DNA of 59,056 nt, taken from assembly GCA_046757665.1 (NCBI GenBank), contig JBHHYO010000010.1, positions 1 through 59,056 on the forward strand, written 5' to 3'. Source of the DNA: Nitrospinales bacterium. Its GTDB lineage: Bacteria; Nitrospinota; Nitrospinia; Nitrospinales; JAJDAT01. Below are positions 58,961 to 59,056 of this stretch, one piece after another; position 1 is the stretch's first letter, and each line of letters begins with the position of its first letter. The position numbers were made by a program, and so were the translations under genes. The notes under the pieces are model-generated. The model searched no databases and was not told the DNA's origin. It was given only the letters and a program-made list of their open reading frames with translations.

Positions 58961-59056
58961 GCCATTCGCGTTTTGGCGGGCGCGTCAAGCTTCATGCGGC
59001 AAGAAAAAGCAGTAAAAAGAACCCGTTTTGCTATAATCACCGTGGGAAGGCTTTAA

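Overview
Bacterial chromosomal window of moderately high GC. The abundance of c-type cytochromes and the gene mix suggest a Nitrospinota/Nitrospirota/delta-like lineage (inference only). In order, it holds: a FixL-like PAS histidine kinase with a receiver; a three-gene glycosyltransferase operon behind a sigma54-like motif; a divergent pgk; a TMTC-like TPR membrane protein; RNase E/G; a complete F1Fo operon (atpI-B-E-F-H-A-G-D-C); a CoA cluster (receiver-dNK-panBCD divergent from coaBC) with a pan-type RNA hairpin over the dNK stop codon; a tetraheme cytochrome with an FGE-fold partner; a cyclase, copA, DUF1015 and a membrane spermidine-synthase-like protein; a four-gene cytochrome c operon with about 25 heme sites; Hpt, PAS, SnoaL and NHL proteins; two tandem B12-radical SAM genes; a Cys-rich secreted mini-protein; mazEF; and a MoxR ATPase separated from a probable partner by an AT-rich three-gene insert. 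Three kinds of short palindromic/MITE-like repeats lie between genes, one of them in four copies. No tRNA, rRNA, CRISPR array or transposase was recognised. All calls come from motif recognition by eye; no searches were run.
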